A stretch of DNA of 64,000 nt from the NCBI RefSeq assembly GCF_009914755.1, contig NC_060936.1; one strand, 5' to 3'. This document shows positions 1 through 14,613 of the stretch, piece after piece. This DNA is from the human T2T-CHM13v2.0 reference genome, Homo sapiens. Each line of letters begins with the position of its first letter. Position 1 is the stretch's first letter. The notes under the pieces were generated by a model that saw only the letters and a program-made list of their open reading frames with translations, was not told the origin of the DNA and did not search any database. Position numbers and translations under genes: made by a program.

Positions 1-221
<221 letters not shown>

Positions 222-277
222 TTACATCACTTCATTTCTTTGTGTAGACCTGAGTTTTTATGTGGTATCATTTTCTA

Positions 278-587
<310 letters not shown>

Positions 588-961
588 ATCTTTCTCTGGT
601 TTTCACAGTTTATGGCAAGAAACCTGCAGAATTTCTTACCTTTGTTACTTTGTGAAGTGTCTTTTTTCTCTGGATGCTTTTAGATTTTTTTTTTTTTAGC
701 AATTTAATTATGCTGTGGTTAATATGTGTAATTATGTGTAAGCTGCATATGTGTGTATGTGTGTGCGTGCGCTTATCTTGCTTGAGGTTTGTTGAATTTC
801 TTGGATCTGTGGGTTTGTAGTCACACCAAATTTACATAATTTGGTAGCCATTATTTCTTGAGATATTATCCCCCATCCATTTTTTAATGTGTCCTTTTTT
901 CCCCCAAATATACATGTTAGACTGCTTGATATTATTCCACAGGTCACTTAGGCTCTGCTAA

Positions 962-1523
<562 letters not shown>

Positions 1524-2041
1524 GCACATAGGTATTTTAACATTCTTGTATGCTAGTTCCATTATCTCTGTCATTTCTGAATCTATTTCTATTTAATGCT
1601 TTTTTCCTCCTCATAATATGTCACATTTTCTTGTATCTTGTCTAGTAATTTTTGATAGAATGCTGAAGATTATAAATGCCAGGTCATCTGGATTTTGACT
1701 TCCTTAAAAAATATTAATTTTGGTTTTGGCAGGAAGCCAAACAAAAATCCAGATCTAAAGTCCAAGTTTCTAGATATTTGCCCCTCAGCTTCTAGCCTGA
1801 GCCTCTCCAAACTCCAGTCTCTGTCTTCTGAGTCAGCCAGGAAGTAAATCCAAGCTGTTTTGGGTTACCCTTCCCTCTGCTTATGGACCATAAATTGCCT
1901 CCTGGAAGAAACCTGGGGCAATTGTAGAAATCACTTTTTTTGTCTTCTTCCTCTCAGAGATCACAGCCCTAAGCTGCCTACAATCTGATGTTTGAAAACA
2001 GCTGCACCATATATTTTGTTCAGTTAAATTTTTTTTTTTTA

Positions 2042-2678
<637 letters not shown>

Positions 2679-3218
2679 TAGGGACAAATTTTGATACTCC
2701 ATTAACAGCCCAAAGCCTATTTCCCAAATCTGTTTTAGATACCCTTAGATGAAATAATTCTTACAGAAACCATGAGACCTTAAATGATTAATCATAATTA
2801 TCAAAGAAAACTCCTGAGCAGTTAATGTCAAATGTAATATGATGTAAGTAAGTTGATTGATAATATTCGTGTCTTGTTAAAAGAGGCTACTTTAGTCTGC
2901 TGAGATACTGAACGGATTTTCCTAAGGGAAGGAGTATCTGATATGAAATACCAGTTAATCATCAGTCACCAACCATTAATTAAATGGCTACTTTATAAAG
3001 GACATTAAACTGAGCGCTAGATGGAGTATGTTGTTGCAGTCATTTCATAGAAAAGTCTACAGGGGTAATTATAAGAAAAAGAAATTGGGTATTTCAAAGA
3101 TCTAGTCACTGATATAAGTGGAATGTGATATCAAATGTGAATCAATACTTTAAAATAATTTTTATTAAATGCTTATTAGATACAGAAGAATGCTATAAAA
3201 ATATATGTAAACTTAAAA

Positions 3219-3383
3219 GTAGTGCTTCTGAAACTTTAATGTGCAAACAAATCACCTGAGATCTTGTTAAGATGCAGATTCTGATTCAGGAGTCTGGGGT
3301 GGGGCCTACCTCTGTAGTTCTAAAAAAAAAAAATCCAGGTGAGGACAATGTTTCTGCTCTGCAGACTATCTTTGGAGTAGCAA
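3219..3383. mobile_element. MER5-family (hAT-Charlie) DNA transposon relic
   Basis: AATCACCTG...CTTGTTAAGATGCAGATTCTGATTCAG...GTCTGGGGTGGGGCC. Confidence 0.75.
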
Positions 3384-3490
3384 GAGTAAGAGAAGTGAAA
3401 CTACAATGATCATCTGTGTGCCCACCACTGGTGTAAGAAAAATAACTTTATTTTTATCTCTAATGTCTTCTGGGTACCCCCTCCTGATCC

Positions 3491-3542
3491 CTTCCCTCCC
3501 TCTTAGAAATGACTACTTCCCTCCCTCTTAGAAATGACTACT
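3491..3542. repeat. Perfect 25-bp tandem duplication
   Basis: CTTCCCTCCCTCTTAGAAATGACTA x2, no mismatches. Confidence 0.95.
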
Positions 3543-4047
3543 CTCTTGAATTTTGTTTTTATCATCCTTTTGCTTTTCTTAAAAGTTTTAACACATTTGC
3601 TTGTCACTTCAATATATATTGTTAGGGTTTGCATATTTTTGAATGCATGAACCTAATATAAATGGAATCATTTGCATATATCCTTCTTCAATTTTTCATA
3701 CCGCATTATGTTCCTGAGGTTAATTCATATCATTGTAATCATAGTTTGTATAAACTTAATTTATTTTCATCACTGTATGGAATTCTATTGTATGAATATA
3801 CATAATTCATTTTACCGTTGTTGAATTTTGAAATTTAGGTTTTATACTGCCATGAAAATTCTTGCATAAGTTCCTGGTGCACACATGCAACACTTAGTCA
3901 GATTATATACATAGGTGATGAATTGCTGGCTCATAAGGTATACACATTTTAAACTTTAGTAGATTATGCCAAATTGTTTTCTAGAGTGGTTATATTGACT
4001 TGTTCTGCCACCAACTGTGTGTACAAATGTTCTGGTTGTTCCTCATC

Positions 4048-4595
4048 TGTATTAGTTTTATATTGCTGCACAGCAAATTGTCACAAATTTACTGGCTTAA
4101 AACAATATCCACATATTAGATCATAGCTCTATAGGTCAGAAATCCAGGTGGGCCTGGATGGGTTCTCTACTTGGGGTCTCACCAGTCTAAAATCAAAGTT
4201 TCAGCTGGGCTGACTCTTATCTAGAGGCGCTGTGGAAAAATCTGCTTCCAGGCTTTTTCAGGCTGTTGGAAACATTCAGTTATTGGCAGTTACAGACTGA
4301 AGCCCCTTTTCCTGCTGTCTGTTAGCTGCTAAGGACCACTCTCAGCTCCTGGAGGCCACTCTCAGATCCTTGTCCCATAGCCCCCTCCACTTATCAATGG
4401 AGACCCTCCTTTGCATCAAATTCCTCTCATGCTTAAAATCTCTCTGAGTTGGATAAAAGTCAATATATAAAGAGCTAATGTGATTAGATTAAGCATATCC
4501 AGGCAATCTCCCTTTTGTCATATAATGCACCATAGTCACAAGAATAATTCCAGCGATTAAAGTTATGAGGGTCATCTATAGAATTCTGCCTACTC
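4048..4595 (-). mobile_element. MaLR LTR (MLT1E/F-like)
   Basis: Begins TGTATTAGTT; GGCTTAAAACAA, GGTCAGAAATCC; ends AGAATTCTGCCTAC. Confidence 0.75.
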
Positions 4596-5711
4596 TAGTT
4601 TACTGATAGCCAGACTGGCCCCATGATTCACTACTGTTTCATAGGTAAAATATATTCACCACTTCCCAAGGTTCCTAGTGCTTTGATTCCATTACAGCAT
4701 CAGTTCAAAGTCTAAAATCTCAATAAATCATCTGAATAATCTAAACCAGATGGAATATAAAAAGGAGTCAGCAATCCAAAGCAGTGTTGAAATCCAGTGG
4801 AGCAAAACTGGTTGGGAAAACTCCACTGAGTTTCAAGGCCTGGGAATAATTCTCTTTAGCTCTCAGCTCCTCCCTCTCCGCTTTTGGTTTCACCCTCTGA
4901 GTCAACTTTCTTTTTTCATAAAGAGTAGATGAATAGTTTTATCTCCCTGCTTCTCGCAGTAGAATTTGAGCAGATGTAAGAGTCTCTTTTCATTTTATAC
5001 TCTCTCTGTCCCTTTTGGTCCAGCTGGTAGTATTTCTGCTGATACAATTTTCTCAAGAACTTTCTGGATCTCCTGTGGATATCACAGTGATTCACTGCAT
5101 CATACAGAACACATGCTGACAAGTCTTTTGAGATAATCCCTTCTCTATTTTTGGCTTCTACTGAAATGGTTGAGGGACAGAACCCTTAAGCCCAGAGGTC
5201 CTCTGGTTTAACTGAGAAGATCTGTGAGAAACACCCTTAATCTCCTGGAAGGGTAGTTTGTGTGGTAAAATACTCTGGCCTTTTGATATTTCTGAGTTTT
5301 CAACAAAGAACTGTATAGTATACACTCAGACTTTTCTTTATGCCACTGTTTTAGCAGCCATTTATGACTTTTAGCATCCTTTTGCCATCTGGAGAGGCTG
5401 TGAATTTTCTAAATTATCTACTCTGGTTTCTGTTTAAAAGTTCTTCCCTCAATTTATCTCTCTCCTTTCACAATTTACTATAAGCAACAAGGAGAAATCA
5501 GGCTGTAGCTTTAACACCTTTCTTGGAAATCTCCTTAGCTATATATTAAAGTTCATTGTTTACAAATTCTGCTTTCCACATAACTGCAAGATGCAACTTT
5601 GCTAGCTATTTGGCCACTACATAACAAGACTCTCCCTTCCTGCATTTCTAATAATATGTTTCTCACTTCTTTCTTAGTCCGCACTGACAGCATTCTCAAA
5701 GCCCAGATTTT
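4596..5711 (-). mobile_element. MaLR internal sequence (MLT-int), second LTR missing
   Basis: CCATTACAGCATCAGTTCAAAGTC...CTTGGAAATCTCCTTAGCTA...TCTGCTTTCCACA resemble MaLR-int; directly abuts the LTR. Confidence 0.65.
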
Positions 5712-5748
5712 TTTAACCTATTTCCTTATATTTTAATGGGTTTTCTGT

Positions 5749-6055
5749 GGCTCATGGTGGCTCATGCCTGTAATACCAGCACTTTAGGAGGCTGAGTCAG
5801 GAGGACTGCTTGAACCCAGGAGTTTAAGACCAGCCTGGGCAACATAGTGAGACCCCAACACTGCAAAAAATTAAAAAAATTAGCTGGGCATGGTGGTGTG
5901 TGCCTATAGTCTCAGCTACCTGGGAGGCTGAGGTAGAAGGATTGCTTGAGCTTGGGAGGTCAAGGCTGCAGTGAACTATGATTGTGCCACTGTACTTCAA
6001 CCTGGGTGACAAAGTGAGACTGTCTCAATCAATCAATGAATAGATAAACAAAAAA
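5749..6055 (+). mobile_element. AluJ
   Basis: GGAGGACTGCTTGAACCCAGGAG, GAGGTCAAGGCTGCAGTGA J-type motifs. Confidence 0.88.
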
Positions 6056-6124
6056 TGAATGGAAGTTCTTGTAGACAAATATATGTGGTTTGGCTTTTAT
6101 TTATCCAATATGACAAGCCCTAAA

Positions 6125-6343
6125 TTTTATTTTATTTATTATTTTATTTTGAGACAGTCTCACTCTGTTGCCCAGGTTGGAATGCAGTGGTGACATCGTG
6201 GCTCACTGCAGCCTCAACCTCTTGGGCTCAAGTGGTCTTCCCACCTCAGCTTCCTAAATAGCTGGAACTACAGTTATGTACCACTGCTCCTGGCTAATTA
6301 AAAAATTTTTTTTTGCAGAGAAGAGATCTTGCTATATTGACCA
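6125..6343 (-). mobile_element. AluJ, 5'-truncated
   Basis: GAGACAGTCTCACTCTG...GCTCACTGCAGCCTCAACCTC. Confidence 0.85.
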
Positions 6344-7629
6344 TACTGAAGCCTTGCTTTTTAAGATGATATTTAGATCATTTACATTTAATGTAATTAT
6401 CAATATTTTTAGTTTAGTTTCCCAACTTTCTATGTCTTTTTATCCAATTTATTTTCTCTTCTTTTCCTTATTCCTGCGTTTTTTGATAAGTATTTTTATG
6501 ATTACATTTTATTTTTCAGGATTGGATTATTAGTTACACATTTTTGTTTTATTATTTTTAGTGGTTGCTCTAGGGTTTACATTATTCATCTTAACAAATA
6601 ACACCCTACTTCAAATAATATAATAATATATATTATTTCACATATAGTATAAAACTCATAACTTCCATTTTCCTCTTTTATCCTTTGAATGATACTATTG
6701 TCTTTCATTTTACTTCTAAGATGTTGTAAACCTCTCAACAAATTGTTTACATATTTTCTTTAGACATTCAATTATCTTTTAAAATCTTTAAAAATAAGTA
6801 AGAAAACATGTCTCATATTTATCTACACTTTTAACATTTCCAGTGCTCCTCATTTCTTTGTGTAAATCCCAATTTCTATGTAGTGTCATTTGTACTGCCT
6901 GAAGAATTCCCTCTAATGTTTCATTTAGCACAGATCTGCCATCAATTCATGTTCTCTGCTTTTGTTTGTCTGAAAAAGCCTTTTTTCCTTCAGCTCTGAG
7001 ATATTTTTTGCTGGTTATAGAATTCAGAGTTGACAGTTCTTTTTTCTTTTAGCACTTTAAAATGCTATTCCATTGTTTTTTGGCTTACTTATTTTTAACA
7101 AGAAGTTTGTAATAATTCTTTTGTTGTTCTGTGTATAATATTTCTATTTTTTTGGCTGTATGAAAGATTTTCTCTTTATCTTTGGTTTTAAGCAATTTGT
7201 CTATGATATGTCAAACAGTGTTTTTAAAATATTAATTCTGCTTGGTGTTCTCTGTGGTCTGTTATCTTTATTAATTTTAGAAATTCTCAGTCATTACCTG
7301 TTCAGGCATTTCTTCTGTGCATTTCTCTCTCTTTCCTTTTTCTACATGTTAAACCAGGTGATATTTTACCACAGCTTGTGGATGCTCTGCTCTTGTTTTT
7401 CTCATTTTTTGTCTCTTTGTATTTTAGTTTAGATAATTTTTATTGTCTTATCTTCAAGTCCTCTGACATATTCTTCTTCTGTGTTCAAGCTGATAATGAG
7501 CCCATCAAAGGAATTCTTCATCTCTGATATATTCTTCCTTCATAGCATTCCCATTGGACTTTTAATGACTTTCTCTCTACTGAAATTTCCCAACTTTTAA
7601 TGTTTGTTGTGTATCTCTTCTACTGGATC

Positions 7630-7936
7630 TTTTGTTTTGTTTTGTTTTTGGAGACAGGGTCTTGCTCTGTCACCCAGCCTGGAGTGCAGTGATATAATCA
7701 TGGGTCACTGCAGCCTTGACCTACCAGGCTCAAGCTATCCTTCCACTTCAGCCTCTTGAATAGCTGGGACTACAGGTGTGTATCACCACACCTGGATTTT
7801 TATTTTATTTTATTTTTGTAGAGACAGGGCCTTGTTATGTTGCACAGACTGTTCTTGATCTCCTGGGCTCAAGTGATCCTCCTGCCTTGGCCTCCGAAAG
7901 TGCTTAGATTATAGGCATGAGCCACCATGGCTGGCT
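7630..7936 (-). mobile_element. AluJ, full length
   Basis: GAGACAGGGTCTTGCTCTG...CACTGCAGCCTTGACC...GGGCTCAAGTGATCCTCC. Confidence 0.9.
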
Positions 7937-8282
7937 GACCTTTTAAGACTAGAGTCATAGTTATTTTGAAGCCCATGTCTAATATTTTTACCTGGGCCAT
8001 TCTTAAGTATAATTTTTTTGATGTTTTTATCCTTTGAAATGAGTAATTTTGTTCTTGCTTTTTGGGCTGTATCATATTTTTTATTGAATTCCAGAATTGG
8101 TATAAAAGTATAGTAGAATGCGATTTAAATAGTATTTTCATTAAAAATGGATACACATGTTTTTGTGTCAAGTAAACATTCAGAATCTTAAAGAAAAATT
8201 GATTAATTTATTCTCAGAAATGTGATATATAGCATACAAGATAAGAAGTTTGAGCAATAAATAGGTCAAAATTGTGCTGATG

Positions 8283-8345
8283 AACTTCATTAAAATTTTA
8301 ACTTCATTAAAAATTAAAATTTTAACTTCCTTAAAAATTAAAAAT
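8283..8345. repeat. AT-rich tandem repeat, ~24-bp unit
   Basis: TTAAAATTTTAACTTC(A/C)TTAAAAA repeated. Confidence 0.7.
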
Positions 8346-8679
8346 AAAATATGTAATTCAGGAACATATATTTCTAAAGTATCCCATTATACTGAATATT
8401 TTAGAGTAACAGTTACAATGGTATGTACATGGCAAGTAAAACAGATTTTGACCTTTTCTTGCAATAGTAGCAAAATAATAACAACAACAACATAAAAAAT
8501 CATAATGGTAAAGTAGCTTATTTACAAAGTGACCAGGAGTAACATTTTATACCCACTCTCACATGTAAAGTGATAAGTGGTACAGAAAATGTATTCAGTG
8601 GGAAATGTGGGAGAGGGTACTCCAGAGATAGCAGGGAGTTATAATGGTCTAGGTCTGGACAATCACAGCATCATATCCC

Positions 8680-8971
8680 TGGATTATAATGATTGATTTG
8701 GGACCGGTCACAGAACTCAAACAAAGACTATTAGCTCTAACAAGAGCTGTTTTGGGACCCTTTGCAGTTAGAACTAAAGTTGTAAAAAGATAAGACTAGA
8801 TTGACTTGGTGCCATTATGTCACCCCAAAGGGTGAGCCTGAATTAAAACAGCCAAAACACAGAAAAATGGAGTGATGGACAGCAATAAGTTTCTGATAAT
8901 ATTATTTAAGTCTTTGGATTGAGCTATGCCTAAAGATCTTTTTCAGTTATAAGAACCAGCAAATGATTTTT
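8680..8971 (+). mobile_element. Old MaLR LTR fragment (MLT1J/K-like), split by L1; resumes ~11383-11430
   Basis: GGATTGAGCTATGCCTAAAG...TTTTCAGTTATAAGAACCAGCAAAT resembles the old MLT1 3' end. Confidence 0.45.
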
Positions 8972-10675
8972 TCCTATTTTTAAATGTAATTTAATTATTT
9001 ATCTATGTTTAAATCAACAGATAAAATTGTATGTATTTATTGCATGCAACATGATGTTTTGAAGCATGTATACATTGTGAAATGACTAAGTATAATTAAC
9101 ATGTGCATTATCTCACAGTTATTTTTGTGGTGAGAACACTTTACTTATACTTTCAGCATTTTATAAGAATACAATATATTAACTATAGTCACCACGTTGT
9201 ACAAGGGATCTCTTAAACTTATTCCTCCTATCTAACTGAAAATTTGTTATCTTTTGATCAACATCTCCCCAATTCCCTCCTTGCAATCACCTTATCCCCT
9301 AGTAATCACCATTCTACTCTCTACTTCTATGAGATCAACTTTTTTAGATTCCATATGGTGAGATCATGCAGTATTTATCTTTCTGTGCCTTTCTTAATTC
9401 ACTTAACATAATGTCCTTGAGGTTTATCCATGCTGTTGCAAATGACAGGATTTCCCTTATTTTTTTATGGACAAATAGTACTCCATTGTGTATATGTAAC
9501 ATTTTTCTTATCCATTCATCCATGATGAACACTTAGGTTGATTCCATATCTTGGTGATTGTGAATACTGCTGCAATGAACACCAAAGTGCAGATATCTGT
9601 TTTAGATGCTGATTTTATTTCCTTTGGATATTATCTCAGTGGTGGGATTATTAGATCACATGGTACTTATATTTTTAATTTTTTGAGAAACCTCCATACT
9701 GTTTTCCATGGCTGTATTAATTTACATTCTCTCCAACAGTGTACAGGGTTCTCTTTTCTCCAAATCCTCACTAACACTTGCTATCTTTTGTCTTTTTGAT
9801 AATAGCCATTCTAACAGGTATGAAGTGATATCTCCTTATGGTTTTGATTTGAATTTCCCTGATGATTAGTGATGTTGAGCACCTTTTCATATACTTCTTG
9901 GCCATTTTGTATATGTTCTTTGGAGAAATGTCAATTCAGATCCTTTGCCTATTTTTAAATTGGGGCTTTGCTGTGTTTTTGTTTTGCTATTGAGTTAACT
10001 GAATTCCTTATATGTTTTGGAATATTAACTCCTTATCAGATGTATAGTTTGCAAATATTTTCTCACACTCTGTAGGTTGTCTTTTCACTCTGTTGATTTT
10101 TTCCTTTGATTTGCAGCTGCTTTGTAGTTTGATATAATCCCAGTTATCTATCTTGCCTTTGTTGCCTGGGCTTTTGGTTCATGTTAAAAAAAATAATTGC
10201 CTAGACCAATGTCATGGAGCTTTCTCCTATGTTTTCTTCTAGAAGTTTCATAGTTTTGGGTCTAACATTTATGGCTTTCATCCATTTTGAGTTGATTTTT
10301 ATATATGGTAGGAGATAAGGATCCAATTTCATTCTTCTGCATTTGGATATCCAGTTTTCCCAACACCATTTATTGAAGAGACTGTCCTTTCCTCAGTGTG
10401 CCTTCTTGGTACCTTTGTGAAAAATCAGCTGACTGTAAATGTGTTAATTTATTTCTGTGTACTTTATTTTGTTCCATTGGTTTACGTGTCTATTTTTATG
10501 CCAGTACCAGGCTGTTTTGGTTACTGTTATTTTGTAGTATATTTTGAAATCAGGTAGTATGATGGCTCCAAATTTGTTTGCTTGTTTGTTTTGCTCATGA
10601 TTGCTTTGTCTATTTGGGACCTTTTTTGATTTCATATCAATTTTAGGATTGTTTTTTCTGTTTCTGTGAAGAATG

Positions 10676-10910
10676 AGCCAGGCACGGTGGCTTGCTCCTG
10701 TAGTCCCAGCACTTTGGGAGGCCAAGGTGGGAGGATCATTTGAACCCAGGATTTTGAAAAATTAGCTGGGTGCAATGGCATGTAGCTGTCATTCAGGCTG
10801 CTCGGGAGGCTGAGGCAGGAGGATCCTTTGAGCCCAGGAGTTCAAGACAGCAGTGAGCTATGATTGTGCCACTGCATTGCAGCCTAGGTGACAAAACAAG
10901 ACCCCATCTC
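10676..10910 (+). mobile_element. AluJ with internal deletion, inserted in L1
   Basis: Left arm jumps from GAACCCAGGA to AAAAATTAGCTGGG; splits the L1 sequence GTGAAGAAT|GTCATTGG. Confidence 0.85.
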
Positions 10911-10912
10911 TT

Positions 10913-11073
10913 AAGAAAGGAAGAAGGAAAGAAAGAAAGAAAGAGAAAGAAAGAGAAAGAAGGAAAAGAAGGAAAGAAAATAAAAAAAAGAAAGGAGGGA
11001 GGGAGGAAGGAGACAGAGAAAGGAAGAAAGAAAGAAAGAAAAAGAAAGAAAAACAGAAAGAAAAAGAAAGAAA
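10913..11073. repeat. GA-rich (GAAA/GGAA) low-complexity tract from Alu tail
   Basis: ~160 bp almost purely purine. Confidence 0.9.
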
Positions 11074-12589
11074 GTCATTGGTATTTTGGTAGAGATTGCA
11101 TTGAATGTATAGATTGCTTTGGATAATGTGGACATTTTAACAATATTAATTCTTCCAATCCATGTGCATGAGATCTCTTTCTATTTGTGTCTTCTTCAAT
11201 TTCTTTCATCAGTGTTTTATGGTTTTTGGTGCAGAGATCTTTTACCTCCTTGGTTAAATTTATTTCTAAATATTTTTTGTAGCTATTGTAATTAGGATTA
11301 TTTTCCTAATTTCCTCTTCAGATAGCTTGCTTTTTGGGTACGGAAACGCTACTGATTTTTTTTTTCCCAACAAATGATTTTTAACTTAGACAAATTTACA
11401 CTGGGTTTTATCTCCTTTCAAAAAAATGAGGCTGATGGAAAATTCAAGAGTCAATGTTTTTTTTCTAAGAGAGAAACAGAAAAATAAATAACCTGGCATT
11501 AGGGTGTAGTATGGCCTGGAGAAAAGAGATGCTGGAGATCAGCACAGCAGCAAGAGTCAGGATGATAAAGAGAGAGAGAGAGAGAAAAAAAAAAAAACAC
11601 TAAGTAACCAAAGATAAAGTACTGAGTGGGAAAATATTACTTCCAATAAGGGAATCTGATCCAGCACAAAGTCTGGGCTCTGGAGGAAAGAGGCATGAGA
11701 AAGAAAAATATAGGATAGCTCTTTTTAAGTCAAAGACATGAACTGTTTACTCCAAATTAGGGCAGTGAAGACCTGAGTTGCAGACTGTCTGGTGATATCT
11801 TGCCTTTCTGTTAGGTAAGCACTAGGGTGGCTGAGCTGAGCTGCTGCAAATGTGACATAACCGGTTTGGGACTATGGTGTGCACCTGCTTGCGCTATATG
11901 CATGGCATGACCCAATTGAGATTATGGTGTCTTTAGTTGGCTTGTCCTAGTGGCAGCAGGTGAGGTATCCAGATCTGCACCTGAACCGAGGTATTTGAAT
12001 AAGTGATAGAGGAGCAATTCAAAAGGCTTTTCTGAAAGTAAGTCAGTGAGACTGGTTGTGTGATGGATGAGGGACCTCAGGAAGAGAGAGGAGTAAATAC
12101 TGATGCCAAGGATGCTAGCTTGGACTCTGGATGAACACTGACATGTGTGACTTTGAGTTTAACAATTGCTAAACTGTGATCAAAATTATGGGAGGCATTA
12201 CACTGAAAGGCAAAACTCAAAGAAAACTCTAATATAGTATTAGTTGAAAAGTAAATGGGGGTACCATGAAGATAACTAAAGCCATATTTGGTATACATTT
12301 AAAATGCTAGAATATGTCCTTTGGATGTGCTGTTTGCATATAGGGTACACAGAAGGGGACTTTTATCTTGTTAGGTTTTATTTCAGATATATAATGGCTC
12401 TTTTTGTTCCCAGTGAATTTGGGATGTTCTATGTGTTGCTTAATAGTAAAATATTTAAATGTTAAATTATTAGTATGCAATATGTGTTAGTATAAATCAA
12501 GTACTTTCATTGAATCTCTGAAGATAAATACAACCATGTAATGTTTAATTTTGACTGTCTTGCAAACGACCTGAACATCAATTAACAAT

Positions 12590-12825
12590 CTAATAATAAT
12601 AGTAACTAACAGTTTTTCATGCTCAGGCACTATTCTAAGTGCTACACAATCTGGTAACCTATTTAATGTTCACAACTACCCTACGAAGCAGGTACAATTA
12701 GTTCTCCCATTTACTGATGAGGAAACCAAATCACTGGGAAGTTAACTTGCTGAAGTCGCATAGCTAGTAAATAGTAGAAACCAATATTAGATTCTAGGCA
12801 GTCTGATTCCAGCGCTTAAACTCAA
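12590..12825 (-). mobile_element. MIR
   Basis: CAGGCACTATTCTAAGTGCT...GATGAGGAAAC...GGCAGTCTGATTCCAG. Confidence 0.8.
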
Positions 12826-13124
12826 ACACTCATCTTTACTGGCTACATGTTGTATATTCACATACACACACACAAAATTTAACAAAACACTTATAAACAA
12901 AGTACTGTGAGATCTATAGATAAGAACATCCAGTCTTGCTGTTAGGAAATGTGGCTGGGAAAATAGAATATTTATATGAAAAAGATAATAATAGAAGACA
13001 GTGTGTAGGAAGTGACAGATGGATGGCACAGACAAATCACTCTGCAGAGGTTGTAGAGAATGGGGCAGGGGTAGGTTACAGGACAGATGGTCTTAAACTG
13101 ATGGATAGGACCTACCTGTACCAT

Positions 13125-13915
13125 CTGGTTCCTGCCCACCTCTCTAAACTTATCTTCCTGACATTCACCAAATTCTAGCCACACGGACCTTCTTTGTGTT
13201 CCTCAAAATGCCACACTCTTTTCTGTCCCACGGCTTTTACAATTGTTGTGTCTTCTGCCTGGAAGACTCTTTCTTTAAATCTTGGCAAGGCTGCCTCCTT
13301 TATTATTCAGAAGTCAGATCATTGTGCCCTCTGATATGGTTTGGCTCTCTGTTCCCATGCAAATCTCATCTCAAATTTTAATCCCACATGTCCAGGGAGG
13401 GACCTGTAATCCCCATGTGTCAAGGGAGGGAGGTGATTGGATCCTGGGGGTGATTTCCCTCATGCTGTTCTTGTGATAGTGAGTTCTCCTGAGATCTGAT
13501 GGTTTTATAAGTGTTTGGAAGTTCTTTCTTCACTCTTCTCTGTGCTGCTGCCTTGTGAGGAAGGTGCCTGCTTCCCCTTCGCCTTCTGCTATGATTGTAA
13601 GTTTCCTGAGGTTTCCCCAGCCATGCAGAACTGTGAGTCAATTAAACGTCTTTCCTTTATAAATTACCCAGTCTCAGGTAGTATCTTTTAGCAGTGTGAG
13701 AATGGACTACTACACCCTCCTTAATGAGAACTTCCTTGGTGACCCAAACTGAAATACTGCTTCACTCCTACCCCAGTCCACTAGCCTGTTTGATTTCATT
13801 CATGACACTTTCCTTACCTGAAATTATCTACTTGCTAACCTGCTTATGGTCTGTTTCTCTTCACTAGAATGAAAGCTCCACGAGCAAGGATCTATGATGC
13901 CTGTCTTGTTCTCAT
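13125..13915 (+). mobile_element. L2 3' fragment, interrupted by THE1 LTR
   Basis: TCTGCCTGGAA..., CACTAGAATGAAAGCTCC...GTCTTGTTC. Confidence 0.65.
13332..13714 (+). mobile_element. THE1 (THE1D-like) MaLR solo LTR
   Basis: TGATATGGTTTGGCTCT...AAATTACCCAGTCTCAGGTAG...GGACTACTACA; perfect 5-bp TSD CCCTC (13327-13331, 13715-13719). Confidence 0.92.
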
Positions 13916-14171
13916 CTTTTTTATTTTTTCCCTCAAGTAGTTTCTGAAGTTTCTACCTCATCTACACAATCTTTCTGGGCTTTAAAGGCTATGAGGGAAT
14001 GTCCCTCTTTGACTTGTTTTGAAGCCTTGGGCCTACTTATTTGTATATAAGAGAATATTTTTAAATGGTTCTCTTCTTTATATATTTAAAGCATGAAATG
14101 CTCTGAATATCAATGAACCCAATCACATTTGGGTAATAGAAAAGGCTGTTTTCTTCATAGTTGATTCTTTT

Positions 14172-14613
<442 letters not shown>

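Larger units (their letters stand above)
3160..4047 (-). mobile_element. L1ME-type 3' end remnant (contains MER5 insertion)
   Basis: TATAAATGGAATCAT, GGAATTCTATTGTATGAATATAC, GCCAAATTGTTTTC motifs typical of the antisense L1M 3' region. Confidence 0.65.
5712..8170 (-). mobile_element. Old L1M-type ORF2-start/ORF1 remnant, interrupted by three Alus
   Basis: TTCTTGTAGACA, CATTTACATTTAATGTAATTAT, TTTGCTGGTTATAGAATTC, AGCACTTTAAAATGCTATTCCATTG. Confidence 0.7.
8972..11366 (-). mobile_element. L1MA-type LINE-1, 5'-truncated
   Basis: L1MA 3' UTR and ORF2 C-terminal remnants ([10 protein letters not shown]...[11 protein letters not shown]); TSD CCA(G/A)CAAATGATTTTT at 8956-8971 and 11367-11382. 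Confidence 0.9.

Noticed and set aside
10860-11135. Lys/Glu/Arg-rich and Phe/Leu/Ser-rich ORFs
   Set aside because: Translation of the GA-rich Alu tail.
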